A stretch of DNA of 64,000 nt from Nitrososphaeria archaeon (GCA_050011875.1 JBEKIG010000004.1:1-64000), one strand, 5' to 3'; shown: positions 9,380 to 20,117, counted from the first letter of the stretch. Program-made: numbers and translations. Notes: generated by a model from the sequence alone, not told the origin.

Positions 9380-9580
9380 TCAGCATCTTAAGCAATGTAA
9401 TACAGTCGAAGTTAGCACATGCATAGGCCATGTTGTTAAACAGCGCAGAATTATCGTTAACAAATTAGAGAAGCCAATAGTCTCAGAAAAAGCGAAACCA
9501 AGTCCGACACTCGCACCTATTATAGGCTCTTTCTTCTCTTTATTTTTTTGAGAGAAAAATTCCTTTTTAGTCATCATCAT
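9380..9580 (-). pseudogene. Fragment of a PrsW-family intramembrane metalloprotease
   Basis: GASVGLGFAFSET and LRCLTTWPMH match PrsW motifs 2 and 3; the N-terminal EE motif and most TM helices are missing. Confidence 0.5.
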
Positions 9581-9658
9581 AATGTGATGAACCAGCCTTA
9601 CTTGTTCGATAAAAAATTAACTCCCGTTTTATTCCACCAAATAATTTAGCTGGAGGAA

Positions 9659-9937
9659 TCATTTTCCTTCTTTTAAAACTATTTTTACAAGTTCTATCAA
9701 GTGTTTGACAGCCTCCTCTCCTTTAAGTGTCAGCGAGTAAGTGGTTTGGATTGGATGCGTGTCGATTATCGTCCTCTTTACAACCCCTTTTCTTAACAGT
9801 TCTCTTAAAGCCCAATCCAAAGTCGCTCTACTGTCAACCGAATTTTTCAACTTAGAATATCTCGCCTCTCTCCCCCTATTTAAGTACAATAAGATTTTGA
9901 CTTCGGACGAGTTAAGAAATTTTTCCCATATGTCCAA
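9659..9937 (-). CDS. HxlR-family winged-helix regulator
   Basis: ARYSKLK...LRELLRKGVVKRTIIDTHPIQTTYSLTLKG. Confidence 0.85.
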   Translation of the reverse strand: MDIWEKFLNSSEVKILLYLNRGREARYSKLKNSVDSRATLDWALRELLRKGVVKRTIIDTHPIQTTYSLTLKGEEAVKHLIELVKIVLKEGK

Positions 9938-10001
9938 ACCCCTTCAAAACGTCATACGGAGTATGACAAATAAACACCTACCATAAATTTAATAACTATT
10001 T

Positions 10002-10235
10002 ATGTTTGCATTTAAAATTTATCCAAAGAGCGTCAATAATCAGGTTCGTTCCGAAGATAAAATAAAAGAAAAATTTTTTGAAGAAAACGGTATCATAGAT
10101 CTTGACAAGTACAGGCCAGATGGCTTCAAAAACCAAATATGGTATGAAATAAAGATAGGTTCAGAGATGCCCCTTGAGAAGGATTGGGGGAGGGGAAGGT
10201 ATTCCAAACGAACTGGACAGAGAAGAGCTGGTTAG
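10002..10235 (+). pseudogene. Possible PD-(D/E)xK nuclease fragment
   Basis: YRPDGF...WYEIK motif in a short ORF with a nonsense-like tail. Confidence 0.35.
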
Positions 10236-10303
10236 ATTTCTTTTTTGGTTTTTTTAAACCGTTTTGTTTATATTTTACCCTTTATTATAGTAAAGCGGTT
10301 AAT

Positions 10304-10762
10304 ATGAAAAGGTTAGATGAGCTTGATTTAAAAATTTTGGATGAATTAAATGAGAATGCCGGATCATCTATCCCCAAGCTTTCCAAGAAGCTTGGAGTGA
10401 AGCAGTCCAAGGTGTACAGCAGGGTGAAGAGGCTTATGAGGAAAGGTGTCATACAGCGGATGACGATAGAAGTGAACGATGAGAGCCTAGGTTTCAACGT
10501 GAAAGCCTTCGTTGGAATTAACGTCGAGTCATTGGAAAGAGATAAGGCCGTTGAAGAAATCGCAAAGATACCAGAGGTCATTCTCGTCTCCGAGGTCACC
10601 GGAAGGTTTGATATGCTAATTGAGGTGCACGTTAGAAGCCTAGAAGACCTGTACAGCGTTGTGTCAAAGAAGATAGCCATTTTGCCAGGTGTCAGTCACA
10701 CCGAGACCTTTATCCAGCTTAAAAAAAGGAGCACTCTAAGGAAATTCACCATGATCAAATAG
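10304..10762 (+). CDS. Lrp/AsnC family transcriptional regulator
   Basis: LDELDLKILDEL HTH, EVTGRFD and TETFI; start moved to ATG 10304. Confidence 0.93.
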   Translation: MKRLDELDLKILDELNENAGSSIPKLSKKLGVKQSKVYSRVKRLMRKGVIQRMTIEVNDESLGFNVKAFVGINVESLERDKAVEEIAKIPEVILVSEVTGRFDMLIEVHVRSLEDLYSVVSKKIAILPGVSHTETFIQLKKRSTLRKFTMIK

Positions 10763-10875
10763 TAACATTAAAGATCATTGAGGGTTCGATGGGATAATAA
10801 AGGAAATTAGGGAACTCACGACATCTTTTATATAATTTTATAGACGTGTCCTCTTATAGTGCTTGATGGAAAGGA

Positions 10876-11559
10876 ATGAATAGGCTGTTCAGGTTCGAGG
10901 ACCCTAAGATAAGGGAATTGTTTGACGGCAGATTTCTTAAATCCATTTACAAAAGGGTTGAAGTCCTCGACTCCTGCGTCAAAGAAGTCGAAGTATGCGC
11001 CAACTTAAAGTATCCAGATTATTATATCGAGCCTATTCTTCCAATATATACGGGAAGCTCTAGCGGAATAGCTGTTTACTATGCTAGAACCCTTCCCTAT
11101 TCGACCCCTTCAGGCTTAGATATTGTCATCCAGTTGACCGCAGCGTTAATAAGCTATGGCTCAAAGAGTTCTCTTAAAACTGTTCTAGCCCACGAATTCC
11201 TCCATTACCTCGACTTGGTCAGAAGAATGTCGAAATTCGAAATCTTATCAGATGAAATCAGTGCAAGCACATTCGAAGCGATGTATTCTGACCTCGAGAG
11301 AACTGTTAAACCGGAGTACGTTTACTCTGATAAAAACCTTATTAGAAGTATAAAGAAAAAATTTGTCGACGGTTTCGAAGACAAAAGTTTGAAGGAGAAG
11401 ACCTTAGACCGCTGGATAAATAAACGAAAACCGGTTGTAGAACTTCCTCCAGAGGAGAACGTAGTTAGAATACCTGTTAACATGGTACTAACCGTCAAGT
11501 TTGATCCGATACTGCTTTTAAGAATCCGTGATTTAGAGAAGAAATCCGGTTTAGTGTGA
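10876..11559 (+). CDS. Hypothetical protein with an HEXXH zincin motif
   Basis: VLAHEFLHY; overlaps the next gene (GTGA). Confidence 0.75.
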   Translation: MNRLFRFEDPKIRELFDGRFLKSIYKRVEVLDSCVKEVEVCANLKYPDYYIEPILPIYTGSSSGIAVYYARTLPYSTPSGLDIVIQLTAALISYGSKSSLKTVLAHEFLHYLDLVRRMSKFEILSDEISASTFEAMYSDLERTVKPEYVYSDKNLIRSIKKKFVDGFEDKSLKEKTLDRWINKRKPVVELPPEENVVRIPVNMVLTVKFDPILLLRIRDLEKKSGLV

Positions 11560-13205
11560 ATTACATGAGCACTTCGAGCACCGTTAAAAAAGAAATTCTA
11601 GGAACCCTTTATAGAAAGTATGGAGAGGAGAACGTGCTTGCTTCATGCATCTATGGATCATTTGCAGCAGGATACGCAAGAGCGGACAGCGACTACGATA
11701 TAATAGTTGTGCTCAAAAAATACATGCCTAAGATAGGATACAAGTATGTTAAGGAACCATTAGTATGCTCGATCCTCGCAATAGAGGAGCAGATGATTCT
11801 TGAAGACGCCAAAAAGTCCGGCCTAGGGGAATTCGTGGCAGGAAGGCTTCTTAACATATACGAGCCCCTTGTAGGAGAAGACCTTTTAAGAGAAATAGAA
11901 GTAGAATACAAGAAAAGGACGTTAATAGAAATCTTGATGGAATTCAACGGCAAATATCAACCTATAGTCGGAACAATCAAATTCCCTCTCGAATATTTTC
12001 TCTTTGAGAAGCTAAAAAGGAGAGCTCTCTTCTATCCCCCAGCTCTTTACAGTTACTCCAGAACATACAATGAACCTAATCGAAAAAGGAACCTTGAATT
12101 CACTTTATCCGGGTTCAGAGAAGCCGCCGTGGAAATTGCTAGCGAAAATAATAGCGTGCGCTTTAACGAAGACAGACTTTGGATAACTGATGTTAAAACA
12201 TTTAGCAAGATTGGGAAGCTGAAAGCCGTGGCCGAAGAAACTAGACGGGACATCACATCATATGCTACACATCTCTATGCGGGAAGGGTGGGGGTAAACA
12301 TAATACTTGACGAGCTCAAATCCAAGATTAAAAGACAGATGAAGCTTGAGCCCTTAGAAGATCTTAAACATACATCTAAGTACTTGGAGCTACCAGAAGG
12401 AAGCCTTATAGTCAACGAAAAACACTGGATGGCTAAGATAGCAGAATATTTAGGTATTCCAGAAGGTTACAACTGCAGATCACAAAATTTAGGTGGTGAC
12501 GAGCTGCACAAAATATTTAACGTAGCAAGAAAGTTGGTGTTCGATAAGGATGGGGAGACATATGAAGTCATCGTTAAAAAGTTCAAGGAATCACGAAACA
12601 TAAAATGGGCGATTCTAGCGCTGGTTACACTAACGGATGGGCGCTTTGAATTTGTACCTTTGAAGAGACTAGCGAATGAGTATCTTATGAATTTAGCTTT
12701 CCGGGAAGCAGGCTTTAACACACCCAAAGTTTACTTCTTAGATCTTGACAGAGTACAACTTATCACAGAATACATCGAAGGAGAAAATTTTGGCAGCGTT
12801 CTCCAAAAAGAAGAAGGGGTGAAGGTTATGAAACAGGTTGGTGAAGAAATCGGTAAAATACACGAGAAAGGATTTACTCTCGGCGACGCTAAACCGGATA
12901 ACATAATATGCACAAAGCAGGGTCTGTTCATAACAGACCTTGAGCAGGCCAAAATTGGCGGCGACAGGACATGGGATATCGCAGAATTCCTAAACTTCGC
13001 CCTATCGTTCTCATTTGACAGAGAAAAAGCGAAGGCTATGGCATGCTCCTTCGCTAGAGGCTACATCAAATTTGGCGATGGTAAAATTCTTGAGAAGATT
13101 AAGGAACGAAAATATAACTTAATCTTTAGGTCTATGGTTGCACCGAACGTTTCCAAAATGATAGATTCTGGAATTGAAGAAGTAGTAAGGGAATTTAAGC
13201 TTTAA
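11556..13205 (+). CDS. Pol-beta-type nucleotidyltransferase fused to an atypical (Bud32/RIO/Kdo-like) kinase
   Basis: [18 protein letters not shown] (GS..DxD); kinase [28 protein letters not shown]. Confidence 0.85.
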   Translation: MNYMSTSSTVKKEILGTLYRKYGEENVLASCIYGSFAAGYARADSDYDIIVVLKKYMPKIGYKYVKEPLVCSILAIEEQMILEDAKKSGLGEFVAGRLLNIYEPLVGEDLLREIEVEYKKRTLIEILMEFNGKYQPIVGTIKFPLEYFLFEKLKRRALFYPPALYSYSRTYNEPNRKRNLEFTLSGFREAAVEIASENNSVRFNEDRLWITDVKTFSKIGKLKAVAEETRRDITSYATHLYAGRVGVNIILDELKSKIKRQMKLEPLEDLKHTSKYLELPEGSLIVNEKHWMAKIAEYLGIPEGYNCRSQNLGGDELHKIFNVARKLVFDKDGETYEVIVKKFKESRNIKWAILALVTLTDGRFEFVPLKRLANEYLMNLAFREAGFNTPKVYFLDLDRVQLITEYIEGENFGSVLQKEEGVKVMKQVGEEIGKIHEKGFTLGDAKPDNIICTKQGLFITDLEQAKIGGDRTWDIAEFLNFALSFSFDREKAKAMACSFARGYIKFGDGKILEKIKERKYNLIFRSMVAPNVSKMIDSGIEEVVREFKL

Positions 13206-13374
13206 ACTTGGTGTACCCACATCTTCCACATGTGAACCTATCGTTATGCTCAGCCAAGAAAACACCGTGTCCACATTTTGGACAATCTGTTCTCCTAAAC
13301 GTGATCTTACCCTCCTCAACCTTGTAGAGCTTCCAGACACCGTTTGAATGCTTGTCTGAACTCTTTTTGCTCAC
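13195..13374 (-). CDS. rps27ae: 30S ribosomal protein S27ae (missed by the ORF track)
   Basis: GTG start; ...[39 protein letters not shown]; follows rps24e. Confidence 0.95.
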   Translation of the reverse strand: MSKKSSDKHSNGVWKLYKVEEGKITFRRTDCPKCGHGVFLAEHNDRFTCGRCGYTKFKA

Positions 13375-13376
13375 GG

Positions 13377-13736
13377 TTACTTACCTCCCTTTGCTGCAGC
13401 CTGTTTCTTTTCAGCCTTCTTGCTAGAACGTTCTTTGTTGATCTTGTCACGTTCTTCTTTGCTTAGCATTCGCACAAAAAAATGTTTTGGAAGCTGTTTC
13501 CTTGCATCATCCAGATTTTTATAGATAAAAGCGTGAATGACTGCGTCACGATTTCCAGATGAAGTCTGAATATTAACAGGAAATACGAGCTTTTCTTCGA
13601 CACCAAACTCTTTTGCTAGCATTTCAGAAGCTTTTTTCCTGCTCAGCGTTGAAGCTGCATGCTTAACTACTGCTGATACTTCAGTGCGTCCCAGAAGAAG
13701 GTTTTCAATTTTGCTGATTGATCCTAGTTCAGACAT
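13377..13736 (-). CDS. rps24e: 30S ribosomal protein S24e
   Basis: [10 protein letters not shown]; conserved position; start moved to ATG 13736. Confidence 0.88.
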   Translation of the reverse strand: MSELGSISKIENLLLGRTEVSAVVKHAASTLSRKKASEMLAKEFGVEEKLVFPVNIQTSSGNRDAVIHAFIYKNLDDARKQLPKHFFVRMLSKEERDKINKERSSKKAEKKQAAAKGGK

Positions 13737-13782
13737 AATCGTCTGACATGAGGGTCGTAACAGGAGGTAAATTAAGCTTTTT

Positions 13783-14301
13783 TTATGGCGTGTCAAGCTT
13801 GATCATTGAGTCAAAGATTTCCTGGCAATATGATTTAATGCTGTTTTCGACTTTGACCAAGACTAGGCCTTCCTGAGGCTGACCATAGAATAAGCAAGAA
13901 TTCACAGGGGACAGTATTATGGCTATAAGAGCTAAAAGGTCTTCCTCACCATCAACAATTAAACGAACAGGCTTTGTTGAAGAAAGAGCTTTAGTGAATG
14001 CGCTGATACTTTCCTGAGAGATCGTTCCACGGGGATTCTTCACATTTAATGTAGTCAAGTGGGCGGTTTTAGGAAGCGCGCGTGGAACCCTTCTTTCCCT
14101 TGAGTCGACGATCTGAATATCAGGCGTTACGTTTATTGATAAAAGAAAGTCTAAAGTAGCGTCTCCGACAGAAACGATAAGCCCACACTCTGGAAGATTT
14201 AACTCAACTTCTGAAGCCTTATCTTCATCGTTGTGTATAAGTCTACCTAAGGGTGCCTTTAGTTTCTTAGAAATTTCTTCTGTTAGGAGCCAAATGAGCA
14301 C
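13783..14301 (-). CDS. DUF359 GTP-dependent dephospho-CoA kinase
   Basis: LKAPLG, VGDAT, NPRGTI, VDGEEDL, YGQP. Confidence 0.92.
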   Translation of the reverse strand: MLIWLLTEEISKKLKAPLGRLIHNDEDKASEVELNLPECGLIVSVGDATLDFLLSINVTPDIQIVDSRERRVPRALPKTAHLTTLNVKNPRGTISQESISAFTKALSSTKPVRLIVDGEEDLLALIAIILSPVNSCLFYGQPQEGLVLVKVENSIKSYCQEIFDSMIKLDTP

Positions 14302-14303
14302 AA

Positions 14304-14492
14304 TTAGCTCACTTCTATAGCGTACCTGCCTTTAGCCTTAAGATTCAGCATTTGTGCGACCTTAGATTTTTCGGGATCTAGTACTATAATCAGCCCTGAC
14401 CACCTAGAAGAAAGATCTGTGGAACTGCACACGGGACAAATTTTACCTGATGTTAACGCCTTACATTTTCTACAAGCTAATTCTTTTGGCAT
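14304..14492 (-). CDS. spt4: Transcription elongation factor Spt4 (RpoE'')
   Basis: ACRKC...CPVC, WSGLIIV, GRYAI. Confidence 0.95.
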   Translation of the reverse strand: MPKELACRKCKALTSGKICPVCSSTDLSSRWSGLIIVLDPEKSKVAQMLNLKAKGRYAIEVS

Positions 14493-14496
14493 CTGT

Positions 14497-15060
14497 TCAC
14501 ACTTCTGTCTTTGCCGCCTTCTTTACGTCTTCTTCAATCCATTCTAGAGCACCAAGATACTGCTGTCTACAGGTGATGCCTATCTTGCCGATTGACTCTC
14601 CGCGTGCCAGGCTTATTGCGGTAATTCTTGCACGGATTTTTGAGCCGACCTTCAGAACGCGCTTAGTCTGGGAAGCTGTTATTACACCTCTTTTGGTGTC
14701 ACTTGTCACGTAATCATCTATAATCTGAGATATGTGTAAAAGAGAATCCGTAGGACCGATCCTGACAAAGGCGCCAAAGTCTGTAACTTCAACGACTTCA
14801 CCTTCTACAACTTCTTGAATCTTAGGATAGAATGTTAAAACATCGAACATAACGTGATGGAAGGATGCGCCATCTCCGGGGACGACCTTCCCAACTGGGT
14901 CAGGTTTAACATCGCTGAGCCAGATTATGTATCCAAGCTCAGGGATAATCATACTTTCATACTTCTTCTTTAGGATATCTTGCGTAACCTCCTTTAGCTC
15001 TCTGCCGAACTGGTCAGGTGGTATCCTAACAACATCTTGGAGCTCAACTTTCATGAACAA
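14497..15060 (-). CDS. rpoE1: RNA polymerase subunit E' (Rpo7)
   Basis: VRIPP, GDGA, S1 domain FGAFVRIGP. Confidence 0.97.
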   Translation of the reverse strand: MFMKVELQDVVRIPPDQFGRELKEVTQDILKKKYESMIIPELGYIIWLSDVKPDPVGKVVPGDGASFHHVMFDVLTFYPKIQEVVEGEVVEVTDFGAFVRIGPTDSLLHISQIIDDYVTSDTKRGVITASQTKRVLKVGSKIRARITAISLARGESIGKIGITCRQQYLGALEWIEEDVKKAAKTEV

Positions 15061-15147
15061 ATCTTAATCACCTAAATCTGACGCCCACGCACCACATCAT
15101 AGAATATGTTATTAATTTTTCCAAATTTTCACTCAAAAAGTTATACT

Positions 15148-15528
15148 TTAGCATAAGATTAACTTATCATTAGAGAGGGTTACACATTTAAGGTTTTCCC
15201 TCATAAGCCTTTTTTTTAGTTCATAATCCAAGGTCGCTATAAAGACGCTTTCTTTACCCCTCGCGTAAGAAATTATTTTATCATCTACCGAGCCTTCTTT
15301 AGAGACTTCGATAACCTTCATATGGGATTTTACGATCTCAAGCGATAAGGCTGCGATCTTAGATTTCTTAACATGCCTCGAGGACGAAATACGAATAAGT
15401 TCGTCTATGACGCAAGAAGGTACTTCTAAGACGGCAGGGTTCAAGACCCTGTAAACACTCTCTATAATATTGGATGGTTTTTCTACCAGCATCATAAGAA
15501 AGTTGGTATCTAAAACAACTTCATTCAA
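15148..15528 (-). CDS. PIN-domain protein (Fcf1/Utp24-like)
   Basis: VVLDTNFL, VIDEL, VDDKI, ATLD. Confidence 0.9.
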   Translation of the reverse strand: MNEVVLDTNFLMMLVEKPSNIIESVYRVLNPAVLEVPSCVIDELIRISSSRHVKKSKIAALSLEIVKSHMKVIEVSKEGSVDDKIISYARGKESVFIATLDYELKKRLMRENLKCVTLSNDKLILC

Positions 15529-15538
15529 TCCATACAGC

Positions 15539-16768
15539 CTACTGAATTATGCCTGAACCTATAAGCCGCCACCTATCGCCGATTCTTCTGCCGATGGCTA
15601 CCCGAACTCCGGGTTGAGCTGCTGCAGGGCGGCGAAGCTTAATTTCAACCCTGTCGGATAACGAGGACGACACCACACCCACTGTAACAGCCGTCCAGAC
15701 ATTAAGCCTAAGAACCTCATTATTGGAGACCTTTTCCACTGGAACATCTTCGGTAAGACCGACAACCTTCTTGAAGAGATTTAACTTGAGAGAAAAAGAA
15801 TCGTATACTGGAGTAGTACTATCAACAGAGCTCACAACTGACCCTACAAGAGAATCGCTCTTTGTCAAAGACGGATCAAGGTGCGTTCCTATTGCTACTA
15901 GACCACCACTCGTAACATAGTCTATAATTCCCGCGCTTGTGCTCAATGACGATATTGTAGTGTTCAATTGAATATACTTGTTCTTCTCCTTATCTAGGAT
16001 CCCTGGAAGTATGGCAATTTCATCGTTGGTCTTGAACCTTCCTTGAATAAGTGAGCCGCCTAAGACGCCGCCTTTAAGATTCATAAAATCAACGCCGGGC
16101 CTGTTTACATCGAAGGAGCGAAGAACCTGCATAAGGGGGGAGGCGTTGACATCCTTCTTTGGTGTGGGAATATTCTTTTCCATGGCTTCGATTAACGCGT
16201 CGATATTCAGCTTGTACGCTGCGGATACGGGGATTATTGGCGCATTCTCAGCAATAGTTCCTTTCACGAAATTCCTTATCGCTTTATAATTGTCCTTAGC
16301 TTCAGAGTCAGTTAAAAGATCCACCTTATTTTGTACGATCACAATATTCTTCTTACCTAGCATGTCTAGAGCTGCCAAATGTTCTGCTGTCTGAGGCTGT
16401 GGAACCTTTTCGTTAGCAGCTATCACAAGAAGAGAACCATCCATTAACGCAGCACCGGAAAGCATGTTAGCCATAAGGCTTTCGTGGCCAGGGCAGTCAA
16501 CAAAACTTATTACTCTAGCAAGCTCTGCTTCAGAACTGCATACCGGACAGACCGGGGCAATGTTATAGTTTGCTGGAGGTTTACATTTAGGACAACGATA
16601 TATCGCCGCATCAGCATACCCTACGCGTATTGTGATCCCGCGCTTTAACTCTTCACTATGAGTACTGGCCCATTTGCCGGTTAAAGCCTGCACTAAGGTT
16701 GTTTTACCGTGGTCGACATGCCCAGCGGTACCAATATTAACTTCAGGTTGCCGCGGGATCTTATACAA
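15539..16768 (-). CDS. eif2g: Translation initiation factor 2 gamma
   Basis: QPEVNIGTAGHVDHGKTT, DCPGH, NKVD, WRLIG. Confidence 0.98.
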   Translation of the reverse strand: MYKIPRQPEVNIGTAGHVDHGKTTLVQALTGKWASTHSEELKRGITIRVGYADAAIYRCPKCKPPANYNIAPVCPVCSSEAELARVISFVDCPGHESLMANMLSGAALMDGSLLVIAANEKVPQPQTAEHLAALDMLGKKNIVIVQNKVDLLTDSEAKDNYKAIRNFVKGTIAENAPIIPVSAAYKLNIDALIEAMEKNIPTPKKDVNASPLMQVLRSFDVNRPGVDFMNLKGGVLGGSLIQGRFKTNDEIAILPGILDKEKNKYIQLNTTISSLSTSAGIIDYVTSGGLVAIGTHLDPSLTKSDSLVGSVVSSVDSTTPVYDSFSLKLNLFKKVVGLTEDVPVEKVSNNEVLRLNVWTAVTVGVVSSSLSDRVEIKLRRPAAAQPGVRVAIGRRIGDRWRLIGSGIIQ

Positions 16769-16781
16769 TAGATTCCACCCT

Positions 16782-17252
16782 TTAACTCTTTACTGTAGTG
16801 TCCGATGTTTTAGGCTCTTCCTTTTTAGGCTCTTCCTTTTTAGGCTCTTCCTTTTTAGGCTCTTCCTTTTTAGGCTCTTCCTTTTTAGGCTCTTCCTTTT
16901 TAGGCTCTTCCTTTAATATGAGTAAGGCATTTATCTGATAAATATCTTCGGTAATCGTGTTCCCTCTAACTAGCTTTCTTCTCCTTACACCTTTCCTAGC
17001 ATTCTTTAATCCTACACCCTTTGTAAGGAGTGCGTATTTCTTTATACCCCCTGGTATATCATATCGCATGGGGAAGCCAGCTTTGTCAGAGCCGCCTCTT
17101 ATCTTTATTTCTCCCTCCACACCCAAGATCGAGCCACTAACTACATCATTTATTTTTAAGCCGATGAAGGCTGCGGCTTGTCTATCCTTAACTTCGTAGA
17201 CAGTAGACTTTCCTGATTTAGCATCAGAAAGCACTATCTTGTAATTGGCCAA
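16782..17252 (-). CDS. rps6e: 30S ribosomal protein S6e with a (KEEPK)7 tail
   Basis: IRGGSDKAGFPM, RRRKLVRGN. Confidence 0.97.
   Translation of the reverse strand: MANYKIVLSDAKSGKSTVYEVKDRQAAAFIGLKINDVVSGSILGVEGEIKIRGGSDKAGFPMRYDIPGGIKKYALLTKGVGLKNARKGVRRRKLVRGNTITEDIYQINALLILKEEPKKEEPKKEEPKKEEPKKEEPKKEEPKKEEPKTSDTTVKS
16808..16914. repeat. Perfect 15-bp tandem repeat x7 (TTTTAGGCTCTTCCT)
   Basis: Seven identical units inside the rps6e 3' end. Confidence 0.97.
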
Positions 17253-17311
17253 TTTTGTCGCTCACTGCACAAAGCAGAACAGAGCTATGTTATAAATTTA
17301 AGAAAACGAAG

Positions 17312-19096
17312 TTACAGGAATATGAAGGAAGGATCCTTAGCCTTTTTTATCTTTAAAATCTCATCAAAGATCTTCTTTTCATCGTCATCTAGTCTTTCGA
17401 AATATTTTTCCTTCAAAATCTTGAAATCGTTATACGAAGGAGAAGAGTATATAACATCTCCTTCGTCAAAGCTTCTTCCGACGACCGCTTCCTTAATCGA
17501 TACAGCAACCTGATTTCCCCTGTAAGCTATAGTAATACTCTTTCCCTTATCCTCTATGCTGCTTATGGTTCCAACGACTTCACCATCATTCTTCATCATT
17601 CTATATTTCTGCATTAGCCTACCCCCAAGAACTTCGACACCGAATATAGCCGGATTACTTCGTCTAAAGATGAAACCCTTCATTACCTGAACCTTACATG
17701 GCAATATAAGTGAACCGAACTCCATTGATTCGATTCTCTGGCGCTCACTTTCAACCCAGTACAGGTATCCCTCAATGATGTTAAATATTACGGGGTCATT
17801 AAATAATTTAACCTTCTTAGCCTCTAAAAGCTCTTCAGCATCAGGATAAATCTTAACATGGAAGGAGAGTATGACGCCTAGGAAAGGGTCTTTCTCCGCG
17901 ACCGTTATAGCTTCTATCACATCTCTTCTTGAAACAGGCCCTATGTCGGCCAGACGTATTGGAACATTATTCTTCTTGAGAGAGTTAACTATAGCTTCTA
18001 AAGAACCTAGAGCATCAGCCTTAACGATTAATCCCAGTTCGTCCTTGGAGAACAGAAGACCTTTAACTTCTCCCTCAATCTGTGACCGCACTACTTCAAA
18101 TTTTGATACATCATCGAATCCGAGGAACCTCGAACCAGGAAGAACGCCATCAAGTTCGGGTGAAACAAGTTTGACACCAGCTGCAGCGTAGACTTCTTCA
18201 ACGTGTGAGAATTTGTCTTTCGGATCCCTCATTTCATCAAGAGGCTTGGGCATAAGAATAGCTCGAACCTTCACAGTAGAGGCGCCTTCCTTCTTCATCA
18301 TTGCAAGCATGTCGCCAACTCTTAAAACACCGTCGATGAGTATGACATCTGCCGAGACTCCTAATCCAACCTCTTCTTTGACTTCAAGGATTATACCAGA
18401 AGGTGAACCTAGTTCAAAGGTAAGATTAGCCATCATAAATTGCTGGGTCAGACCCACAATAATCGATAGAAGCTCCGGAATACCTTCACCAGTTTTGGCA
18501 CTTGTAGGAACAATTGCAACCTCCTTAGTGAAGCTTTTAACTCTGGAGTAAAGCTCCGATCTAAAACCAAGTCTTGAGAGACTGCCTACGACCGTATAGA
18601 GCTGATGGTCTAAGATTTCTATAACAGACTCAGGTTGATGTTTAATAGATTCAGTTACAAACGAATTTAAACCAGGCTTCCATCCGCTGATCGTGTCAAC
18701 TTTATTTAAAGCTATAACGAAAGGTACACGCCTCTGTTTTAGAATCTCTAAACTTTCAACTGTCTGAGCTTCAACACCCTTCATGACGTCTGTTACTATT
18801 ATCGAAAAATCCGCGGCAGAGCCGCCACGAATCCTAAGGTTGGAAAACACTTCATGACCTGGGGTGTCTATGACTAGCACGCCGGGGACCTTGATGTCTC
18901 CACCAACCTTAGATAGGAGAGGGCCACAGATTTCCATAAGAGTCTCCTTTGGAAAGATACTGGCGCCGATGTGCTGAGTTATTCCCCCACTTTCCCTAGC
19001 CTGTACTGCCGTTTTCCTGATCTTATCCAGTAGAGATGTCTTACCTGAGTCAACATGCCCCAAGACAACAACTATAGGCTGTCTATATCTTATCAC
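17312..19096 (-). CDS. infB: Translation initiation factor IF-2/aIF5B
   Basis: RQPIVVVLGHVDSGKT, DTPGHE, NKVD. Confidence 0.98.
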   Translation of the reverse strand: MIRYRQPIVVVLGHVDSGKTSLLDKIRKTAVQARESGGITQHIGASIFPKETLMEICGPLLSKVGGDIKVPGVLVIDTPGHEVFSNLRIRGGSAADFSIIVTDVMKGVEAQTVESLEILKQRRVPFVIALNKVDTISGWKPGLNSFVTESIKHQPESVIEILDHQLYTVVGSLSRLGFRSELYSRVKSFTKEVAIVPTSAKTGEGIPELLSIIVGLTQQFMMANLTFELGSPSGIILEVKEEVGLGVSADVILIDGVLRVGDMLAMMKKEGASTVKVRAILMPKPLDEMRDPKDKFSHVEEVYAAAGVKLVSPELDGVLPGSRFLGFDDVSKFEVVRSQIEGEVKGLLFSKDELGLIVKADALGSLEAIVNSLKKNNVPIRLADIGPVSRRDVIEAITVAEKDPFLGVILSFHVKIYPDAEELLEAKKVKLFNDPVIFNIIEGYLYWVESERQRIESMEFGSLILPCKVQVMKGFIFRRSNPAIFGVEVLGGRLMQKYRMMKNDGEVVGTISSIEDKGKSITIAYRGNQVAVSIKEAVVGRSFDEGDVIYSSPSYNDFKILKEKYFERLDDDEKKIFDEILKIKKAKDPSFIFL

Positions 19097-19274
19097 TTTT
19101 AACTCACCTCAGCACATATTTAAGAGAAGTCTAACCGGTGCCCCCTAATCAGACTATCAGAAAGGGGGGAATAAATCCGTTTACTGAAAAATGTCCTTTT
19201 ATTTACCTTCTACGGCCGTATCTGCAGACATTAAATGTTAACGATGACTGCCTAAATCGCGCCTGAGAAGAGTT

Positions 19275-19472
19275 CTATTTCTTCTGAGTAAGACGTTTAG
19301 GATGCTTTTCAGTCCATTTCAGCTTTCTAGGATCTCTTTTTAATTTGAGCATGCTCTTTCTGCATTTAGATGAGCAGAACCATAACATTGAACCATCGTT
19401 TCTAACATATGCAGTGCCTGAACCAGGAAGTATTTCTCCACCGCAAAAAGAGCATCTTTTCTGAGACGACAT
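19275..19472 (-). CDS. rpl24e: 50S ribosomal protein L24e
   Basis: CSFCG..PGSG, FCSSKC, KLKWT. Confidence 0.97.
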   Translation of the reverse strand: MSSQKRCSFCGGEILPGSGTAYVRNDGSMLWFCSSKCRKSMLKLKRDPRKLKWTEKHPKRLTQKK

Positions 19473-19477
19473 AGTTA

Positions 19478-19696
19478 TTACCTTATCTTCTTAGCTTCAA
19501 GCTCAGTGTCCCTTAATGTTATAATATCCCCAAGCCTAACGGGGCCTTTAACGTTGCGTGTAAGAATCCTGTTCTTGTCTCTTCCTTCTAGAACCTTAGC
19601 TCTGACCTGTGTAACTTCTCCGGCAACACCAGTTCGCCCAATAACCTGCACTATTTCAGCTGGTGTTGGCTTTTCTTCACCCTTCGACGATGACAT
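19478..19696 (-). CDS. rps28e: 30S ribosomal protein S28e
   Basis: [23 protein letters not shown]. Confidence 0.97.
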   Translation of the reverse strand: MSSSKGEEKPTPAEIVQVIGRTGVAGEVTQVRAKVLEGRDKNRILTRNVKGPVRLGDIITLRDTELEAKKIR

Positions 19697-19706
19697 CTAT
19701 AACACC

Positions 19707-20117
19707 CTACTTTGGGGACTGTATTTTAGCTATAGATTTTAGAAGATCTTCGAATACCGATGCCGCATCACCGGGTTCAACGATACACGCGGAGGCGGAA
19801 GCAACGTCTATACCTATAGATGCGCCGAGTTGATTTTTACTTGTTACAAACACGTACGGAATCTTCTTTTCTTCGCACAGTATCGGAAGATGCGCAACAA
19901 TTTCTGGGGGATCAACATCTTCAGCTATTACTACGAGCTTTGCGACACCGCGTTCTATTACCTTTGTAACTTCGTTAGTACCCTTCTTTATCTTGCCAGA
20001 CTCTGAAGCTCTCTTCATAACTTCATATACAGAGTCCACAGTCTCCTTAGGAGTTTCAAATTTAACGTAATACGCCTTCCGACCAGACTCATCCCTTTTT
20101 TCCGACATCGTCATCAA
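19707..20117 (-). CDS. rpl7ae: 50S ribosomal protein L7Ae (start may be ATG 20108)
   Basis: [24 protein letters not shown]. Confidence 0.97.
   Translation of the reverse strand: MMTMSEKRDESGRKAYYVKFETPKETVDSVYEVMKRASESGKIKKGTNEVTKVIERGVAKLVVIAEDVDPPEIVAHLPILCEEKKIPYVFVTSKNQLGASIGIDVASASACIVEPGDAASVFEDLLKSIAKIQSPK

Noticed and set aside
16674-16916. ORF with FRLFL repeats
   Set aside because: Antisense of the rps6e KEEPK repeat
19100-19274. Possible C/D box sRNA in the infB-rpl24e gap (GATGA...CTGA)
   Set aside because: Only one imperfect box pair; no complete C-D'-C'-D layout or identifiable target
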